A DNA stretch of 42,904 nucleotides from an uncultured Bacilli bacterium. GTDB lineage: Bacteria; Bacillota_I; Bacilli_A; RF39; UBA660. Below, one piece after another: positions 38,394 to 42,904 of this stretch. Position 1 is the stretch's first letter; each line of letters starts with the position of its first letter. The notes under the pieces were generated by a model. The model was given only the letters and a program-made list of their open reading frames with translations, was not told where the DNA came from and did not search any database. The position numbers and the translations under genes are program-made. Location of the stretch: NCBI GenBank assembly GCA_944363855.1, contig CALVVM010000080.1, forward strand, positions 1 to 42,904, in the 5' to 3' direction.

Positions 38394-38720
38394 ATGATAA
38401 TCAACAAGAATAAACAATATTTAAAAAGTTATAAGAAAGATATATTAAATAAAAACTTAGTAAAAGAAAAAATTAGAATAGAAAATATAGAAAATCTTAT
38501 AATAAATTCTAGTAATTTACAAAGTTTAATAAATAGTCCTTATAAAAATATTTATCATATAGAACAAAAGCAAGGGGATTTAAAAGAGTATTATACAGCT
38601 AGGGTTAATAATAAAATAAGACTTATTATGAAACCAATTGGAGAATATCCATATAATAAAATTGAAATAGAAGAAATAGATTTTATTGATATAGATTCAA
38701 AACATTATGGGGAGGGATAA
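38394..38720 (+). CDS. HigB/RelE-like toxin
   Basis: HIEQKQGDLKEYYTARVNNKIRLIMKP resembles the HigB H.L.GD..G.YS.R....R..F pattern; toxin-first order. Confidence 0.7.
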   Translation: MIINKNKQYLKSYKKDILNKNLVKEKIRIENIENLIINSSNLQSLINSPYKNIYHIEQKQGDLKEYYTARVNNKIRLIMKPIGEYPYNKIEIEEIDFIDIDSKHYGEG

Positions 38721-38721
38721 C

Positions 38722-39744
38722 ATGAATGGATTTGGAAGTATGTTAAAAGATTATTTAGATTACTATAAAATATCACAAACTGATTTTGCTGATAGAATAG
38801 ATGTGTCTAGTAAGCATATGAATGAAATATTAAATGAAAATACAAATATATCTGAGAGTGTTATGCTTGCTATAAGTTTAATAACGGATATAGATATCAA
38901 TTTAATATTTTATGTAGAAAATAAAAAAAGAATATATGAATATTTAAATAAAAAATATAAAACTGAAAAAGAAATAAAAGAGTTTTTAAATAGTTATTAT
39001 ATAAATGAAATGCATAAAAAAGAATGGATAACCCTTAAAGATAAAACATCAGTAGTACAAAATACAATAGATTTATTAGATTATTTAAGTGTTAAAAACT
39101 TTGAAGTATTAGATAGTTATTTAAGTAAAAGAGTATTATATAAAAAAAGTGATTCTGCTAATATGAAAAAGATTTATTTATGGATAAAACATTGTGATAA
39201 AATAATAGAAAAACAAGAAGTAGAAAATTATAATAGTTCAAATTTAGTTAAATTATTAGAAGAATTAAAAATAGAAAGAAATAATTCTTTTAATAAAGAA
39301 AACTTAATAAAGTTATTCAATAAGTATGGTATTTATTTATCTATAGAAGATGCTTTAGAAGGAACTAAACTTAGAGGATGTATGATGGTTAAAGGAACTA
39401 ATCCTGCAATATATATGACAAAACACTTAAAAGATAAAGCAAGTTTTTACTATGCTTTATACCACGAATTAAGTCATATAAAAACCGATTATAATAAAGC
39501 AAAAAATAAAATAATAATAGATGAAGAAATAGATAAGTTAGAAAACAGAGCAGATGAGTTTGCTCTAAATCAAATGATAGATAATAAAGTTTGGGAAGAA
39601 ATATTAAATAATTATAACGAAAGAGAAGAAATATGTAAGAAAAACTTTATTCCTTTATCATTTCTTTATAGTAAACTAGCCTATTTAGGCTACATAAAAT
39701 ATTCAAGTGAAGAATATAATAATCATAAAGAAAAAATATATTAG
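38722..39744 (+). CDS. HigA-like HTH antitoxin fused to an ImmA/IrrE Zn-peptidase domain
   Basis: N-terminal XRE HTH (ISQTDFADRIDVSSKHMNEIL); HELSH and E.RADEFA motifs. Confidence 0.8.
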   Translation: MNGFGSMLKDYLDYYKISQTDFADRIDVSSKHMNEILNENTNISESVMLAISLITDIDINLIFYVENKKRIYEYLNKKYKTEKEIKEFLNSYYINEMHKKEWITLKDKTSVVQNTIDLLDYLSVKNFEVLDSYLSKRVLYKKSDSANMKKIYLWIKHCDKIIEKQEVENYNSSNLVKLLEELKIERNNSFNKENLIKLFNKYGIYLSIEDALEGTKLRGCMMVKGTNPAIYMTKHLKDKASFYYALYHELSHIKTDYNKAKNKIIIDEEIDKLENRADEFALNQMIDNKVWEEILNNYNEREEICKKNFIPLSFLYSKLAYLGYIKYSSEEYNNHKEKIY

Positions 39745-39878
39745 TTTTTCTTTTTTTTGTAAACAAATATGTAAAATGTAGTAATTTGTCGAGTAAAAAA
39801 AATTAAAAACTATTTATTATTATTTTTATATATGTTATATTTGATTTGCTGTATTTTTAAAATAGATAAGGAGAAAAT

Positions 39879-40049
39879 ATGTCAAACAATAAAAACGTAG
39901 AAAAATATCTTTGGATATCAGCAGTAATGTTTGTAACTTATTTACTTTTAGGCAGTTTTATCGTAAGTAAGAATTATTTAGAATTAGGTTATTTAATAAC
40001 TCTTTATGTTTTTTTACTAATTGCTAAATTATCAAATAGAAAGAAATAG
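39879..40049 (+). CDS. Small two-helix membrane protein (56 aa; not in the ORF track)
   Basis: AAGGAG RBS; MSNNKNVEKYLWISAVMFVTLFTLGSFIVSKNYLELGYLITLYVFLLIAKLSNRKK. Confidence 0.7.
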   Translation: MSNNKNVEKYLWISAVMFVTYLLLGSFIVSKNYLELGYLITLYVFLLIAKLSNRKK

Positions 40050-40090
40050 AAAAATTATATCAAGTGTGGTATAATTTTTTTGGTGGTTAT

Positions 40091-40843
40091 ATGTTAATAG
40101 ATACACATTGTCATTTAAGTTATGAAGATTATGAAAACTTAGATGAAATAATAAAAAATATGGATGGTATTATGATTGCTAGTGGATGTAATGATAAAAC
40201 TAATAAAGAGGTTTTAGAACTAGTAAATAACTATGATAATGTTTATGGTACTCTAGGGCTACATCCAGAAGAAGTAGATAATATAGATAAAGATAGTTTT
40301 AAGTTTTTAGAAGAAAATATAAATAATCCTAAAATAGTTGCTATAGGAGAAATAGGTCTTGATTATTATTGGGTTAGTGACAATAAAGAAAAACAACAAG
40401 ATATATTTAAAAGACAATTAGATATTGCTACAAAGTATAATAAATCTATAGTAGTACACTCTAGAGAAGCAATACAAGATACTTACGATATATTAAAACA
40501 ATATAAATTAAAAGGATCGCTACACTGTTTTAGTTCTAGTTTAGAAATGGCTAAAGAGTTTATAAAATTAGGATATAAAATAGGAGTAGGTGGTACTGTA
40601 ACTTTTAAAAACTCTAAAAAGTTACAAGAAATAGTTAAAGAAATAGATTTAAAAGATATATTACTTGAAACAGATAGTCCTTATCTATCACCTGAACCTT
40701 TTAGAGGTAAAAAAAATAATCCAAGTAATACTTATTATGTTGCTCTTAAAATATCTCAATTAAAAAGTATAGATATTAAAGAAGTATTAGATATTACAAG
40801 TTCTAATGCCATACAATTATTTGACTTAAACCTTCAAAAATGA
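40091..40843 (+). CDS. tatD: TatD family nuclease
   Basis: DTHCH, GLHP, GEIGLDY, HSR, HCF, ETDSPY. Confidence 0.96.
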   Translation: MLIDTHCHLSYEDYENLDEIIKNMDGIMIASGCNDKTNKEVLELVNNYDNVYGTLGLHPEEVDNIDKDSFKFLEENINNPKIVAIGEIGLDYYWVSDNKEKQQDIFKRQLDIATKYNKSIVVHSREAIQDTYDILKQYKLKGSLHCFSSSLEMAKEFIKLGYKIGVGGTVTFKNSKKLQEIVKEIDLKDILLETDSPYLSPEPFRGKKNNPSNTYYVALKISQLKSIDIKEVLDITSSNAIQLFDLNLQK

Positions 40844-40876
40844 TATAATTATGCTATATATGGTAGAGGTGAGAAA

Positions 40877-41569
40877 ATGACAAAAAAAGTTAAGTTTTCA
40901 TTATTTTTATCAATAAGTGCAATGGTTACTATAATAACAGTTACAATGTTAAATACAGGAACTACTATTTATAATAACGTTGGAGATAAGACTGCAACTG
41001 TATTAAATGAAATAGAACCTTATGGAACTGATTATATATATGTATCAAATATGCCTTCTAATGCAGAACCAATAGTAATAAGTGAAGGTATAAATGGATT
41101 AGATTATACTTATGATGGTTTAAATTATATACATTTAAGCGATATGAAAAATGAAGTTGTTAAAGTAGGAACTGGAAAACAAGGAAACTATAAAGGTAAA
41201 CTTACTGGATATGGTCCTGATTGTCCTGGATGTAGTAAAGTAGGGAATGTTGCTTGTAGAACAGAAAACGGTAAAAATCATAGTTTAATTTATGATGGAC
41301 TATATTATACAGATGATGAATATGGTAGTGTTAGAATACTTGCTGCAGATCATAATTTATTTCCATGTGGGACAATAGTTACTGTAGATAATGGAACACT
41401 TAATAAGTTCACAGGAATAGTATTAGATACAGGATCTGCTATGAGAGGTGCTTGGAGAAATGAAGGAGTAGTTTGGATGGATTTAGCATTCACTTCTCAA
41501 AAAGAAGCACTTACAGGTGGAGCTACTAGTTCAAATACATCATTTAATGTACAAAGATGGGGATGGTAA
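40877..41569 (+). CDS. YabE-like membrane-anchored G5 + 3D-domain cell-wall protein
   Basis: N-terminal TM; G5-like EGING..VVKVGT; 3D-like AAD..FP.GT, DTG.A, DL; lies between tatD and rsmA; promoter TTGACT-17-TATAAT at 40821-49. Confidence 0.7.
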   Translation: MTKKVKFSLFLSISAMVTIITVTMLNTGTTIYNNVGDKTATVLNEIEPYGTDYIYVSNMPSNAEPIVISEGINGLDYTYDGLNYIHLSDMKNEVVKVGTGKQGNYKGKLTGYGPDCPGCSKVGNVACRTENGKNHSLIYDGLYYTDDEYGSVRILAADHNLFPCGTIVTVDNGTLNKFTGIVLDTGSAMRGAWRNEGVVWMDLAFTSQKEALTGGATSSNTSFNVQRWGW

Positions 41570-41623
41570 TCCCTTTTTATTTTCATAAAAATGTGATATT
41601 ATAAGATGGAATGGAGAGATATT

Positions 41624-42457
41624 ATGCAGTATTCACCAATAAAGTTTAAAGAAAAAATGGAAAAATACAATTTTAATCTAAAAAAAATGTTTGGACAAAA
41701 CTTTATAATAGATGAAAATATAATAAATAATATAATTACAAGTGCTAATATAGATAAAGATACATTAGTAATAGAAATAGGTCCTGGAGCAGGGTCTTTA
41801 ACATATAAATTATCTGAGTATTCTAAAAATGTACTTTGTTATGAAATCGATACAACACTTAAAGAACTTTTACAAGATAATTTAAAAGATTGTAATAATG
41901 TAGATATAATATTTAAAGACTTCTTAAAAGCAAATGTACTTGAAGATATAAAAAAATATAGTTATAAAAAACTATATGTAGTTGCTAATCTACCTTACTA
42001 TATAACAACTCCTATAATAGTAAAGTTTATAGAAGATAATATACCAGTAGATAAAATAGTTGTAATGGTACAAAAAGAAGTTGGAGATAGATTTAAAGCA
42101 AAACCAAATACAAAAGAATATAACTCACTATCTATATATTTAAATTATTACTTTAATGTAAAAAAGCTACTAGATATATCTAAAAATGTATTTATACCTA
42201 AACCAAATGTAGATAGTATAGTAGTAGAGTTTACTAAAAAAGAAAATAATTTTAAATTAAAAGATGAAAGATTATTCTTTAACTTAGTAAAAGATTCATT
42301 TACACAAAAAAGAAAAACAATAAAAAATAATTTAAAAAAATATAATTTAGAAAAAATAGAAGAAGTATTAAAAAAACATAACTTTGATTTAAGTGTAAGA
42401 GCAGAACAATTACCAATAGAAGTATTTGTTGATATATCAAATAATTTAACAGATTAA
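41624..42457 (+). CDS. rsmA: 16S rRNA dimethyladenosine transferase RsmA (KsgA)
   Basis: GQNF, EIGPGAG, ANLPYYITTP, QKEV, P.PNVDS. Confidence 0.97.
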   Translation: MQYSPIKFKEKMEKYNFNLKKMFGQNFIIDENIINNIITSANIDKDTLVIEIGPGAGSLTYKLSEYSKNVLCYEIDTTLKELLQDNLKDCNNVDIIFKDFLKANVLEDIKKYSYKKLYVVANLPYYITTPIIVKFIEDNIPVDKIVVMVQKEVGDRFKAKPNTKEYNSLSIYLNYYFNVKKLLDISKNVFIPKPNVDSIVVEFTKKENNFKLKDERLFFNLVKDSFTQKRKTIKNNLKKYNLEKIEEVLKKHNFDLSVRAEQLPIEVFVDISNNLTD

Positions 42458-42477
42458 AAAACTAATCTGTTTTTTTG
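42449..42477 (+). terminator. Terminator after rsmA
   Basis: AACAGATTA...TAATCTGTT plus T-run. Confidence 0.65.
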
Positions 42478-42793
42478 TATATTTTTTTATAAAAATTAAA
42501 TAATAATAAAAAGAACTTACTTTAATATAAAGCAGTTCCATTTGTTTTTATTATTTAATTAAACTTTATTTTATAATATATATTTAAATATTTAGACAAC
42601 CTAGCATACTGTTTTATTATAATATTATTGTTTTAAATAATTTGTAGAATATTGAAAAACTTATTTATTTACTTATTATTTATACTAAAGCTTAGACTGC
42701 TTTATAAAAATAATAGTAAATATCTTTTCTTTTAAATTAAATAAATTGTGAAAAATATATAGAAATATTTTTAATAGTGTGATTATCTAAGTT

Positions 42794-42822
42794 TTGTCAA
42801 ATTAAAAAAAATATGATATTAT
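42794..42822 (+). promoter_or_regulatory. Sigma-A-like promoter for a transcript leaving the window
   Basis: TTGTCA-17-TATTAT with TG extension. Confidence 0.45.
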
Positions 42823-42904
42823 AATCACGACAAAAAGAACTGAGTTTTCTCAATTTTTTTTAAAAATGTATGAACAAGTTTATTTGTTATGGTATGGACA
42901 ATCC

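Noticed and set aside
42526-42706. 11 bp inverted repeat TATAAAGCAGT/ACTGCTTTATA ~160 bp apart, MITE-like
   Set aside because: Short, AT-rich, single occurrence, no clear target-site duplication or transposase

Overview
Replication-origin region of a very AT-rich, Bacilli-like chromosome in standard code 11 (Trp is TGG; TGA ends several genes). The minus strand carries rpmH-rnpA-yidC-jag-mnmE-[2 unknown ORFs]-mnmG-rsmG-noc. A bipartite oriC flanks dnaA. The plus strand carries dnaA-dnaN-comK-recF-gyrB-gyrA, then tadA*-dnaX-ybaB-recR-bofA-holB-ricT-yabB-rsmI-pth-mfd. An accessory block follows (amine-dehydrogenase-like gene, pilin/BspA pseudogene, clpB with CIRCE, transglutaminase-like gene), then spoVT, Met T-box-dut-metG, a HigB/HigA-IrrE module, tatD, a yabE-like gene and rsmA. 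Sporulation/competence genes coexist with mollicute-like reductions, consistent with an uncultured reduced Bacilli lineage such as RF39/RFN20 (inference only). The most unusual element is the ~700 bp gyrA-tadA intergenic hub. It holds 7 perfect parS sites, a Noc-binding site, and a tandemly duplicated minimal SRP RNA gene whose duplication junction is a chimeric parS. Also unusual: a Noc lacking the N-terminal membrane helix but carrying a ~250 aa repeat-containing low-complexity linker and a putative internal start; a TadA missing its HAE catalytic motif; comK in place of yaaA beside oriC; and dUTPase under a Met T-box. All calls come from motif recognition and synteny by eye; no searches were run.
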